A DNA stretch of 57,141 nucleotides, counting the filler, from Sphacelaria rigidula (taxonomy: Eukaryota): NCBI GenBank assembly GCA_964200075.2. It is 7 parts of 7 records of this genome, joined end to end, with 100 filler letters (N's around TTAATTAATTAA, not from the genome) between each part and the next. Parts side by side here need not be neighbours in the genome. Positions count along the whole stretch, not along the records: positions 32,711 to 40,787 come from CAXNAA020012384.1; positions 40,888 to 48,964 come from CAXNAA020012385.1; 5 more parts are not named here. One strand, given 5' to 3'. Shown here one piece after another: positions 32,789 through 45,700 of this stretch. Made by a program: the position numbers and the translations under genes. A model generated the notes under the pieces. That model saw only the letters and a list, made by a program, of their open reading frames with translations. It made no database searches and was not told the DNA's origin. Positions within the stretch are counted from its first letter, which is position 1. Every line of letters begins with the position of its first letter.

Positions 32789-34585
32789 GGTTAAGGGCGT
32801 GGACGGCAACCTGGTGCAGATGAAGGGGTATGCCTACAGCATGGACGACACCGAGCCCGGACAGCTCATGGTGCACCTCGACGGCGTTCCCGTAGATGCG
32901 CCTTACTGGGTGCTCGCTCTCGGAGACGAGGATGGAGTGAGTCCGTATACTACTGTACACATTTTTGCCTCACGTGGTGTCGTGATTGTTCATGGTTTAT
33001 GTTTAACGCAGTTGTATCTTTTGCCGGTGCGCTCAGTCCCTCCGTTTGTTTGTTTTTCTCGCCATTTTTTCTTTTCGTTGAATTGCATATACATGACTTG
33101 GTAAAAGCACTGCTTCGGTCAACATGCGTACAATATCAGGCACAAGCATGGCGCACTTGACTTCGAAGTGCCCAACAGCCAACTGCGGTCGGGGATATAC
33201 GAAATGCCAAGGACGCATGCATTGTTGATACAGTATCTGGAGTCGAAAACTGCCACCCAAATCCGTTCGCGTTAACTTTCGTTTTCATATGTTGTCCGAT
33301 TCGTTTCCTCTTAGCTCTCCCTTTCCCCCCCCCCATCTCTCTCTCTCTCCCCCTTCCCCCTCACTCTCTTGTTTGGAAAGCAGACCGGACCGTACCCTTG
33401 GGCTATCGTGTCGGATCCATTCCGGGCCTTCCTGTTTGTACTGGTCCGTGACCCGGAAGCGTTTTCGGGTGATTCGCCGGAAGAGGAGGATCTCGTCAAA
33501 CTGTGCAAAGATCTGGGTTTCACGAATTTCTGGAATTCTCCCCGCAAGACAGTGCAGAAGGGCTGCACCTACACAGGTACAGGGGTACAGTATAGTGTAT
33601 TGTGGTACTACGGTACAGTGTGCCCACTCTCCTTGTGGAGGTCTAGAATGATCACGGGGGAAAAAATCGATCACGACCTCCGGAAGGCCATAGTGTTTCA
33701 CTCGTCGGCCGCAACATTCGTTTTGAAACACGGACCTGGCTGATCATTTTGGGGGTAAACTTTGAAGTGTAACTCGTTCGAATACCGCCCGTCGATCGAA
33801 GGTGCGCCTTGCTTGAGTTGAGGGGGGTTGGGTAGGGGTTGGTATCAGCTATGCGGTGCGAGAGGCTTTGATGAATAGAAAGACATGACCGCATACGTTC
33901 GAAACGGGTTGGTCTAAACCCGCTCCCGACCAGCGAGGTCGCTGAAATACAATTTGTTCCCACGATGGGCTTCGAGACGGGGTTGTGTAGGCTCGCCACA
34001 CATGTGGGTTCGGCGGAATAAGCAGCAAGGTATTTCAAAAGTGAGCGCCTCCCCATGGACGAATGAAGGGTGGGGCACAGAAACATACATTACGGTAGTC
34101 TTGAGGCATTTTTCTGTGCCTGCGTCATATTTGTTTCTTCATCCTCAGCGTTTTACGGTGGTACACTTGGTTTTGGTGCACGTTCTGGTTCAGTGGGCGC
34201 AGTCCAACGTTTTGCCCGACGTTCAACGCTGCTTGATGCCTCTGCGCACCGGCACGTACAGCACGGCGCCCCGAGTAAGGCAGCTGACAGAGCGCCGTGC
34301 CTACGGGCCTAAGCACAGAGAACACCCCGATGCCTGAGGTTACACGGTCTGCTTCGATGGGGTTGAGATTAGGGGTAGCGATAGACTTGACGGAGCTGGG
34401 TTGGGTAAGTCTGCGTGCCTTCGCCTCCCTCACCTTCTTCACGTGACTTTCTTTGAAGTAGACACTGTGTACAACGTGAGCACAACAAAGTAGAAAATAT
34501 CATCTTGCGGGTTGACAATAAAAAACAGCATGGCATGATTATGTCTTTTTGTTCGTCTGAGTTATCGCCGCGCTCGTCTTTTTCG

Positions 34586-34625
<40 letters not shown>

Positions 34626-37600
34626 GGTCGTGGTCGTCGTTGTTGTTGGTGATGGTGATGGTGATGGTGTTGCTGCGATATTGGGTGCATCTATCTAGAG
34701 AAATTTGAATAATGTGGTGTACCCCGCAGTTGTTTTCCCCTCGTTACTGTGCCCGAGCAAAAACCGGATAATGCGTCTTTTCCCGCAGCAAACGTTCTGC
34801 TCGTGTGTGTGTGTTTCCGACAGATGGTTCCGTCGCGAACGGTCGCGTGTGTTCAAATCCGTTTTATTTCGAAATTTCCCTGTCGACAGTTTCGTTGGTC
34901 GGTCAAGTGGGTCACACGGGCCAATCGTAATCAAACACGACTTGTTTTCTCATAATGCACAGGCAGCAACGGGGCGCCGGCCTTGGTGAACACGACGCCG
35001 GCCAAGGCTGAGAAGAAAGTGTCCTCCCTTCTGGGCGGACCTCTTCACGCTAGCTGCAAGGTGATTTATTTTGAGCTTCGTCTCAGCTGGTCTCGCGAGA
35101 GTTGGTTGCATGGCGTCTTCGTTGTTTCATTTTTCCTCGATAAGAAAGTTGATCCGTGAGTAATGCCGTGCGGTGCATTAGAAAGAAGAATGTTATGATT
35201 ATCTGTAGAGTTGTGTTTGTTTGCCTTTTGGTTGTTGGCTTGTAACGCCGTGCAGTGCACTAAATGAAGAAAAAAACCCGTGATGACTCGGTTAGACTCG
35301 TGTGTCTTTGTTCATCTGTTTGTCTGTTCCTTGTTACCGCCTGGTCTTTTGTGAGAAATTCGAGCTTGTAGGCTGCTTTTTCTGGGTAGTTTATTTTTGA
35401 TCACGCTCGTACACGTCAACAAGTTAGACTGTGACTCCGTTTGAAATTTGAGAGGACATGTCAAATACCGTCATGGGCCGCAGGTTCTTCTGTCTTGCGC
35501 ATGTTTCGAGTCGCACGCACTATCGTCGGGACGATTTTCTATTTTCACCACATTTTCGTGGAATATAGAAGATCTCCCGCAATTGGCTATACGCTTTAGT
35601 AGTGTTGGTGCGTGCTCTTTTTTTCCATTTCCATTTTTGTGTGGGTACCTGTGTGCGGTGTGTTAGTCTTCGATGTGTCGTGCTTCATGTACCCCCCCCC
35701 CCCACATACACACACATCTCCCATGTTTTCAAATATTAGCGTCGTCTGGATGGTGAGCAGCAATACCACTCCAGCGCACGACGGAAACAAACGCACGAAA
35801 GGATGGCGGTCCTCATTTTGGCCTTGAACCCCACTTTTAAACGTAGACCTCGACTCTAACACCAAGCCTCTGCAAGGTCAGGTGCTGTATTGGCAACTGC
35901 AGGTGAAGTTTTGTTGCCCGATGTGTGTTCGTAGTGCTTTATACTCGAGAAGCATACGCACAAGGTTGGCTTGTTCACCTGGTGTGGCTTGGTGTGTGTG
36001 TGTGTGTGTGATTATTGCACGTTGGGTGCGCCTATGCCCCCGATAATGCTTCCCCAGTTTTTGTTTTGTTGACACGTGCGGGCATGCTTTTCCTCGCCCA
36101 CCTTCGCCTGTACAATGTTGTGTGTGTGTGTGTGTATGCGCGTGCGTTTTCGTGCTTGTGCGCGTGCATTTCGTAATCTGCGGTTTGTTTCGTATCGCTC
36201 AAGCTATCCTGGACATTCCCGGAGAGCGACTGCGACAGCGTGAAGGAACAGATGGTGGCCGCGGCCGAGAGCATGAGTGGCTTCGACAAGTGCAACGGGG
36301 GTAACAAGTGAGCGAATGTTTTGATTGGGAATCATGCTTCCTTTCGAAAAATTCTCCATGTCATTGAGCGAAGTGCGGAACTAGAGCTTTTTTTCTTGTT
36401 TTGAAAATGGTATCGAACCCATTGATTTCCGCCTCGAGCGGCTGGAGAGCATGAGCGACTTCGAAAGGTGCAAGACGAGGGTAACGAGTGAGCAAGTTTT
36501 TTAACGAACATCTAGAATTAATTTTCGTGACAATCTTCTGGGGAGACTCGTGTGTCTTTTTTTCCAAAATATCTGCGATATCAGAGAGTGGCAAAGGTTG
36601 CCCCGCTACTGTTGAAACGGTTGTTGTCCCGCAGATTCCGTTTAAACAGAGAAGATCCATTTTTGACCCGATGTACAGGGGTGTGGGCACTCAACGATTA
36701 ACCTTGTATTTTGTTGGTGTCACTCACTCACCGGGTCGCTCCACACGGTTGTCCCTCGCAAACCATGGATACACAGAAGCTGTCACCAAGCTTTCCCCGT
36801 ACTCTTTCCTGTTCGTTATTTCTACTGATGTCTCTTGTGGCAGGTGTGGTTACAGCGTTGTCAGCACAGAATCGGGGGCCGACATGAAATCGTGAGTTTT
36901 TTAGCTGTTTAGGTGGCATTAGCGGTACACGTGTAGTATATACTCAAGCGTACAGTAATCCCAAACCTTCATGGCATGCGCATTGTAGCTGCACTGCGTA
37001 CTGTCGAGGCTTGGGGTAGTATGGGGCTTTGCTCGGGTGGAGGGGAGTGTATCCGTGATCTGGAATGCCATAGTCATATGTGCATTGACCTCGCATCTCT
37101 ACAGAGCCGGGACGGAGCACGCCGGGTTTTTGCTGCATCAGGCTCGCAATCTATCACCGAGCGTGAAGCGCGGTGATTTGTTCGGCGAGTCGCATGAAGA
37201 GCGAGCTGCATCCTGCTACCATTGTTCGACCCGAAGCGTATTGATTATCTTGCTTTTGGGTGAGATGCTTTATTTTTCGGGATAGCCACTTCCTGAGACA
37301 GCCACGGCTTACACACTGCCTTTCGGGTGTACGTCTCGCCCGGGGGGAGGTGGTTGGTGTGCATCGTATTCCCTTCGGTGTCCAAGTATGTACAAGTACA
37401 CGACTTTTTTATTTTCTCTACAAAAACGAAATGCCCCAATTTAAAAGTTCGCACCAGGGGAGGCTTGATGTTGAGTTGAGTACTAGACCTCGTCCGATAC
37501 ATGGCATTCGTCCTAGTCTGAGAATCTTCACATGTAACCATGTCTTGTTCATGAGCGTTTAGTTCTTCATCGATACTACGGCTCGAGAAACTCGCTTCAG

Positions 37601-39730
37601 TAAGCCTCCTCTCGAGGTTTCAAGCGTCCCGCGCCGTTTCCGCTTTTCCCCAGTACTACTGGCAGCCTTGGCCTCGCCCAAGCACGAGTTGCCTAGATGC
37701 GCTTCGTTTTAAGTTGTCATGTCGCCAGTATGCATGATACCCTGAGCGAGAAAATCGCAAGCTTCGCGAAAGATTGCTCCACGCTGGCGTTGTTCTTCGT
37801 TGTATCCAACAATAATTTCCTACCGCTGCACTGCGCCGCGTGCCGCCGTTTTCGTTCTTTGCGGTCGTGTCGGAAAATTCTGGCTGGGGACAACATGTAC
37901 AGCGCGTCGTCTCTCAAGCTGGTACACGAAACGTCCGTGAAGCACTACAAGGATGATATGACCATCGACCTCACCGACGAGGTAAATACAAGCAAGAATC
38001 GGGTACCGACACCCTCTCATGATCCAGCTCACGACGTCCCCTATGGCGCGCACATGTTTTTCACACTCCGTGATTGCACATGTGCATTTGACGGAGGCTG
38101 TAATACTGGAGTGGGACTCATGCTTTTCGTCGATCCCGTCTGTGATGTCACTCATGATGACGCACCATCAGGTGTTTGTGAGGATTCCGTTGGCATCATC
38201 GCACAACTTGATTGCCGTGTTGTGCCGTGCTTTTTGATTTCGTACAGTCACGGGGGGAGGGGGGGGGAGGGCGGGGGGGGGTCCCATGATCATGCATGCC
38301 ATAGTCATGGGACCATAAGACAGTTGACCTCGCATCCCTACGAAGCCGGGACTGAGCACCCCGGGTTTTCGCCGGACCAGGCTCGCAATCAATCACCAAG
38401 CTCGAAGCGCCGCGGTGTGCTCGGCGAGTCGCATGAAGCGTGAGCTGCATCCTGCTGAAATTGTTCGGCTCGAAGCCTTCGGATTATGTTGCATTTGGAT
38501 GACAACCTACCATGAGTTAGTTGCTTTATTCTCTGGTATCGCCACTTCCAGAGACAGTCATGACTTATATACTACCTCATGGGAATTTCACCATAGCGAT
38601 GGGGAGGGCGTACGCATTTGTTGCTCGCCTTGGTCGTTCGACTATTGACCACTGCGGCTCTGGGGGAGAGAACTTTGCCTGAGCAGGCGGCGGCACATGC
38701 TCTTCGGCCATCAGCATCAACATCCCTATTCCCCACACGCCGACGTGGTTCCTCTTGCCTCTCGCAGGAGGGTTCGTGCTCCGCCAAGGGCTTCTCCACC
38801 AGCCAGATCTGGTACGCCGTTCTCGACAACAGCGTCAACTACTGCAACCTGCACAACCTCGTGAGTGGTCCATGGATGAGTACCCCCATCAGCTATGTAG
38901 TGTGATGCCTCCTGCGACTATTTGTTTGTCTTGCAGCGGCTCCTTTGCCTGCTTGTTCATGCACACGTGAAAGCAATGATTTGAAGAACTCTACGGATCA
39001 AGGTCGTCTAATCGATCCCCGCGGTCTCTTGCTGCAGTTTTTGGATGTGTGCGCCTAGAGCACTCTGAGTCCAGGAAGAGGCACCGCATGCTTGCAAGTT
39101 ACCATACCTCGCACAGAATTCAGGCGCCGAAACAATCACTAGCGCGACGGGTACGTCATGCTACGTGTATACCTGATTCGTATTGAAACGAGAAGTTAGG
39201 CACGATGACGCACGTGTACATTCCCTCAGCATTAGCCTTCGTCGAAATCCCGATCTCTGAAATATATACATATATATATATTTCACGACGTGAAAAACTT
39301 GACATCCTCTGACCCAAACATCCAGTGCTTTCTCACCGTCTCGTCCACCAATCAGTTTTACTGCTTTCATGCCGTCTCGAACAGTACTCCAGTAGCTGTC
39401 TGTTGTGTCCCAAAGCCAGCACGTTGAATCTTCAATTCTCGCCTTCGCGTGAAAAGATCCTCGCATCGTTGTCTCCCCCTCGAAATGTTACGACTCGTGA
39501 CTCGTGTGCTAGTTGGCCTCGTTGAGTGCTTGTTCGCCAGACTCACCGCTCATAATGGCCTACCTTCTTTGACGGCACTACACCTACGTTTCCTCCCACG
39601 CCGTGTGTCGTCTCTTTTTGCCATTTGCGATAACCTCAAGGTGGAGGCCACAGGTCTAGAGTACAAGGAGACCGACGTGTCCGACGCGACATGCACCCAG
39701 TACAGCTCGGCTGACTGCGAGAGGTACTGA
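32789..39730 (+). CDS. 5'-truncated 8-exon host gene: apolipoprotein D/Blc-like lipocalin fused to a Cys-rich uncharacterised domain
   Basis: Exons 32789-32936, 33384-33576, 34963-35060, 36204-36307, 36844-36891, 37903-37981, 38768-38860 and 39641-39730 (TGA). All are GT-AG and phase-consistent with no stops. Lipocalin motifs: PGQLMVHLDGVPVDAPYWVLALG, YPWAIVSDP...LFVLVRDP, LGF...TVQKGC. Second domain: PLHASCKLSWTF...KCGY...HETSVKHYKDD...GFSTSQIWYAVLDNSVNYCNLHNLVE...SDATCTQYSSADCERY. Confidence 0.85.
34585..34670. repeat. (TTG)n / (TGGTGA)n microsatellite in intron
   Basis: About 13 TTG units followed by TGGTCG/TGGTGA units. Confidence 0.9.
37050..38560 (+). repeat. Two diverged copies of an intronic repeat of about 240 bp (about 37050-37290 and about 38280-38560)
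   Basis: Shared ATGCCATAGTCAT...TTGACCTCGCATC...GCCGGGAC.GAGCAC.CCGGGTTTT...CAGGCTCGCAATC.ATCACC...CGGCGAGTCGCATGAAG...GAGCTGCATCCTGCT...GCTTTATT...AGCCACTTCC.GAGACAG. Confidence 0.85.
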
Positions 39731-42700
39731 CAGATCTGCATCCATCACCAACACCCACATAATCTGTAACCAGGGTCCCTCCCAAACGTGCAGTGGGTGC
39801 ATTGGTCCTCATGGCATAGGCGGGAAGTGTCGAAGATATTTGAAGTAGCCGTCCGAGGGTTCCACGTGTAGAGGTCGATAGAGTACCACAAGCGCGACCA
39901 TCATGTTGGTGGCCTGCCTACCTACACGTGCACGCGTTGTAGGATGTCGCCTGCAGGAGTGCTGGATTCCTTGTCTTGCACTTGCGTTGTGTCTCACGCT
40001 GGTAGATGGAACGAGCATCCGCACCGTACGACCTGATTGCTGTTATACATATTTTTGCTAAGCATTCAGGGAGAAGGGGAGGACGGTGTTGCCATGTACT
40101 TCGAAGTACTGTAAAAAGATGCGTTTGAGACGCGTCCAGCATCAGGGTGCATAAACCTTGACCGAGAGAATGAAATAAGGAGTGTAATATTCGAACGTGA
40201 AAGATCTTGATGCGCGCTGATCTTTCTGAAGCAGCGTGCTCTTGTCTGCCCAACTATTGAGTTGAGCAACGTTGCCCGTGCAAACTGCTCGTGTTGCGTA
40301 CTGCCGTGCATCGGTGTCATGAGTGTGTATACAGAAACGTTGCGTGGTTAAGCGAGTTGGCCGGTGAAGGACACCGGGCCAGACGCAGACGCTCGTCCCA
40401 ACAACGAAGGCATGTAGATTGTGGGGGTGACAGACTAGTAGTCTCTCTGTCTTTGCATAATCACGAACGTGGACTCATGCTCATGCGTTGCTGCTGCTTG
40501 ACGCGCATCAAGGCCACATCACTGCAAAATAATGGGCCCGCCAGCTCTGTTTTCCAGAGTAATGAGTTCCATACAAAACATATACATCAGTACCACCCGG
40601 TCAAGGCCTAAAGGGCAAATGCTGGTACATGGATGTTGAAACTCGAAATTAGCACAGTATCGAGCTTGAGGATGACGGTTGCGGTGCGTCGCACAAACAG
40701 TGCTTGGCAGGATTTATAGCCTCTGCCAGACGATCTGGACAAGAGGGCTATTCAGTGAGGGACTTCTCCAGAATCCACTGGCCTCACNNNNNNNNNNNNN
40801 NNNNNNNNNNNNNNNNNNNNNNNNNNNNNNNTTAATTAATTAANNNNNNNNNNNNNNNNNNNNNNNNNNNNNNNNNNNNNNNNNNNNGACCTAAATGAAA
40901 GACACGTACCGAGGGAGAGATGGGTTGATCTCTTGAGACCACGGACTCATCCCGAGGACGGGGAGGGGTTCAAAATGTGAGGGAAAAAAAAAATTCCACC
41001 TGTAGGGGAACAAAATGACCACTCGATAGCCGTGATTAGTGAGGATAATCACTGCGCTTCTCTCGGGTCTCGTTCCCGGCTTATAACTTCTCGTGGGGAA
41101 CTTTTAACCACACATGGTTGAGTTGGTGAGCTTTTTGGCTGTTGTGCGAACAGGCCCCCACACCCTGTCAAAAACCACCCCTCCGTCCCCTGGAAACCCC
41201 CGGATGTCCCTGGACTGTCAGTCTGTGAAACTGTTTCGTGGCGACGCTCGCTGTGTAAAGGTTACTGGCGCCGAACTGGCGTAAAATCGCCTCACGTATG
41301 TTGTAGGACACCATTTACTTGACACGAGAACAGAGGGGGATAGTTTATTGCAAAGCGTTTTGGTATTCTACACTCTACGCACGTAAAAGCCAATTTCTCG
41401 CACAACCTCTACCGTAACCTCACTAACCCCACGACCCCACGAAATGATGACGTTAGCCCCGTTTCGTTGAACTAATCTCGTACCTACCCTTCATCTTTTG
41501 AATGGGGGTGATACACTAGGTACCCTGCGACAATACTATACGATGTAGAGTATATTTACCTCGCGTCTCATCCACGCAGGGTGGGTGTTATGTCACGTAC
41601 GGGTGATATACACCGTATCTTACGGTACGGTGCCTGTCTGAATTGTCGTTAACTACGCGTTGGACGTTGTGTCGCCAACCGTGAAGGAAGGTGGGGTGCA
41701 ATTACCTTGATGATGCTGCACCCACCCAGCGCCGAGATACGACAGTGCATTGCAGCATATATTACAGGAGTGTAGTACAAAACAATATACTACTGTAGAA
41801 CAGCACAGCACAACAGTAGTCGTACCGTATAGCTCAGCATCAGTACTGTCTTCTGTGCGGTCTTGCATGCTAGATCGCAGAACACAGCATCTGCGCGCAG
41901 CACGCGCTATAAACAAGCGCATCTTACCACAGATACCAAAAACATAGAAAGCCGAGACAACGCCTCACCCTGTTTTCTCCAAGAATGCTCGGCGGGTCAC
42001 ATGTGCCGGACTCGCCGGCGCCTCCTTGGCATCCGGGTTAGCTTGCATGATCGTCGAGGATATCAGCTGAGCCTTTGTTGCATGTCGCGTGCCGCTTGTC
42101 AGCGGGGGCAGGCTGGGGACAAATCCGTCAGCATCCATGGTCGACAAAGCGCCAAAGCTTAGAATTAAGGGTACCCTGGAAATAGACTTCATACTTCAGG
42201 GTTACACAAAGAGGATGCAGGTAACAGATGGCGACGGCGGAACGCTCTGGTTGATGAGCGATCATGTTACAGTCACGTTTGGAAAATGGCACATAGCTGC
42301 AACTACGAATACTGGCGGCCATGACATTTCGGAACAATTTTCGCAACGGCACAGGCAAAATACTACCAACCCTTTTGTTTGCATCCATCATCCAACACCG
42401 AATCAGCCGTACTCTGCAGCAACTGCTGCCCGCTGTACTCGGTTGCCGACACAACTACTGCATCACATACTGGCAATCCCGACGACGTTTCTCCCAAGTG
42501 GGACCCAGGGCGGCGCTCTCATTCTTTTCACGAGAGATCGAAGCAACAGCTGAAGGTGAAGCAGTAGAAGGAGATGGCATTTTTTTTGTTGGCAGCCCGC
42601 CCGTTACGTTGGTTTTAATCTCGTTTCCTGTAGTTGGCGTGGTCTTCTTTTACCGTCCTCTCATTTATCGTCATGTAGAATGCAGGTGAGACGCACGCAA

Positions 42701-45700
42701 ACTACCCTTCACCCACCTCCCCGCATTCATCAAAGATCGGATAACCGTGTGGTGCTTGTTCTCCTCTTGTATACTGGCAAGGGTGACGATTGTAACACCA
42801 TCTCCGCCATTGGCACCATCACACACTCGTACGCTGCAGGAGTGCCGATGTCGTCAGGCTCTTGTTACTGTGTGCAAACAAACATCATCGAATGCGAACG
42901 ACCGGGTAGCAGCGGTATCACCAAACTGAATGTTGATGGTTCCCTGTTCCTCCCTTGCCCCACGTCCCTCGCCAGCTTCCCTTTATCCACTTCCGGCCAC
43001 TCCTTAGTACTGTCCATACTTTGGGAATGATGGTATAATAGAGATAATCGAAGTTGCACAACAGTATGATCATGATTTCATTTCTTTATTCCCACCATTT
43101 TCAAAATGAGGAGCAGTCTGCAACGGCAAGAGCAGCGGGCGAACACATCGCGCGCACACGGCGAGACAACAGCTTCGTCATAGTTCTACAACTCCACGGA
43201 GTAGGGCAGCATCTGAACGGAGGTAACATTCGTACATAATTCATCGCTGCGTTTTTGGGAGGTGTGGTCACGAGCTCGGGCAGGGAGCAAAGCAGAGAGG
43301 AAGGACGAAGAGACGGTCTTGGGAGAAAGAGAGGGGAAGGGGGCTGGTTTGTCGCGAAATATGAGCGTGCCGGAAATACCAGGGTCCTTCGCGGTGAGTC
43401 TTCAAGCCTCTTTTTTCGTTTTTTCACGCCGGTCTATTGTGAGCAAGCAGGTTACCTACACCTCAGACTTCAGTCAGTAAGTACATCACAACGGCTTCAC
43501 TCAACTTAATGTACCTCCCTGTCTGTAGTGCGTTGCCGTAACGGTTTCCGTGTTGAGTTTCGTGAACAAGCCCTGTCGAACAGTTGTGGTCGCCTGTGAG
43601 TGCGTGTCCACCGTGCGATTCCGCAACATCCGAGTACGCATACAGTACTTCTGGCTCCCCGGTTTTCATATACGCACCGAAGGCGATACTACCATACAGC
43701 CGGTAAACAGTCTGGACAAGATACACAAAAGCAATCAACCAGAAGGGGTACACACCCAAAGGCATCCCGGGAGAGTCGCAGCGGGAAGTTGTTGAATTAG
43801 TGTGGAGCGATGGCCGGAGCTCTTCCAGCAAAGGTACTGCACACCGACGAAGTTTCAAATCCTACCGTACATCAGTTCAGAAACTTTCGTACAGAACACA
43901 AACGCAAAAGTGACGGCGTGTGGAAGCATAAAGCATGTAGGGGGAATCCCCTGGAATAGACGAAACCAGCGATGACTACGTGCGGGCACTTGACCTCAGG
44001 TCCAGTGTGGGTCTTGCGTGTGGTCACGCATGGAGACGACCAAATAAATAAGTTGAAGTACGCGACCAGAAAGCAAATCAGCAGCCCTCCCCAGACTTGC
44101 TCTTTTCAAAGGGGAAACAAAGGCACGACTTTCGTTTGACCGTCCTGAAGTGTAAAGCATCCACGCAATACGGACAGTTGTGCAAGATAGGTACCGCGCA
44201 CCACACTACAGGCGCGTATCTACAAGCGGGTGCATAACTTATGGTGTACTGAGATCAACGACCTGCCCTGACAAGATTGAACAGGATAGAGTCACGTGCA
44301 AGTGGAAGTTTAACTTGCGCTTTACCACGGCCGAGGTTATTGTTATTGTTATTGTTCTTGCGGGTTTGCTTTTACCCGGAGCTGTGAACACTATCTCCCA
44401 ATTTTCGTGCGCGATGAAGCATATCTCCCATCTTCAGATCGAGTTGTCTCTACTGTCTACAACAGTATATCGCGACATTCCGCTGCTCTGATACCGAGTA
44501 CGAGTGGTACTTGTAATCCGTGTGTCCTGTCCTCTGCGGGTCATGCGCTGGGGAAACACACTCGCTGCGCCGTACTTCACGTACAGTACAACACGACAGT
44601 TTGTTTACTCCCAGAAGAAAAACCGTGATGATGCTCTCGTGAACAGGAGATTGGAATGGTGTTTTGTGTAAATATTGGACAGCAAGACACAGCAACCGAC
44701 TAGTGCAAAGAACGACACGCAGTGAATGCCTCTTGCAACGACCTCTCCGTGAAAATGCACTCGTCTCAACACAGCTGATGTGCTTGCTACGTGTACGGAA
44801 GCCGCCGTTCTATGAGGTTTGTCAGTCCATTAGGACAGATCTCCAGCATAATCATTCAGCGCAGCCAGTCAGGACCGTGTAGTTGGTTCGATGTGATTGA
44901 TCCACCTTTGGCATACGACACGTCGCCAATACTTGCTTCACGAGATAACGTTCTTTCAATGTAATATGCTTCCGAAACGGTGTTCTTCTACTACAACTCG
45001 TACGTATTGCTCATCCTACGATATGTTTTTCGAAACTCCTGGTGTCCACTCCCCACCTTCAACAGTCATATCTTGGTGTTCGAATGATTCCGTGGAAAGG
45101 TCGAATCTAAAATCAAATTAGACTCTTCGATAAGCACCAGCGACTCTGTGAGACCGTTTCAAGAGAGTTTTCATTGTCATTTCTCCATGTTTTTGATGTG
45201 CCGCCGAACACGTCAAATTTGACCAAGAGAGGAATCTCAACAAGCATTCCGGCCTGCGATGGGGGGTGATGATGTGCTGCATCCTTGTTATGTCATAGCT
45301 ACCTTGGCCTGGGTGGGACTCGGGTATTGTTCCTCTGTATGTGCGCGGCCGTGTGTTCGCACCAGTTGCACACAACGGCAGCCCTGCGCGTGCGCCGCCA
45401 GAATCTCGTGTCTCCATCTTCTCTGATTTCTGATGAGAACCATGAAACATGATGGCATTCCCACTCATTGATCGTACTAACTACTGTTGTCTGTACTGCA
45501 ATACTTACGCTATACAGTACTGGCCATACCATAGTAAAGTATCGTCTGTACTGCATGTGTGAGACTTTTTTAGGGATTCATCCGTGTCGTACGAGTACCG
45601 CGATTCCTCGCCGTTCTTGAAAGGGTATACGGCAGGGGGCAATAGCGACACATTACAGTATTTGAAAGCGTTTTTTTCTTTTTTCCAGCTTTCTCTGCTG

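Noticed and set aside
34149-34312. Alternative terminal exon for the lipocalin gene
   Set aside because: Phase-compatible but the peptide is featureless, whereas the 34963 exon leads into a conserved-looking six-exon chain. Not fully excluded without transcripts.
41965-43858. Several 100-150 aa ORFs in contig 6 (for example 43463-43858 minus, 42089-42553 plus)
   Set aside because: No recognisable motif and no phase-consistent exon chain; possibly a decayed gene, but unsupported.
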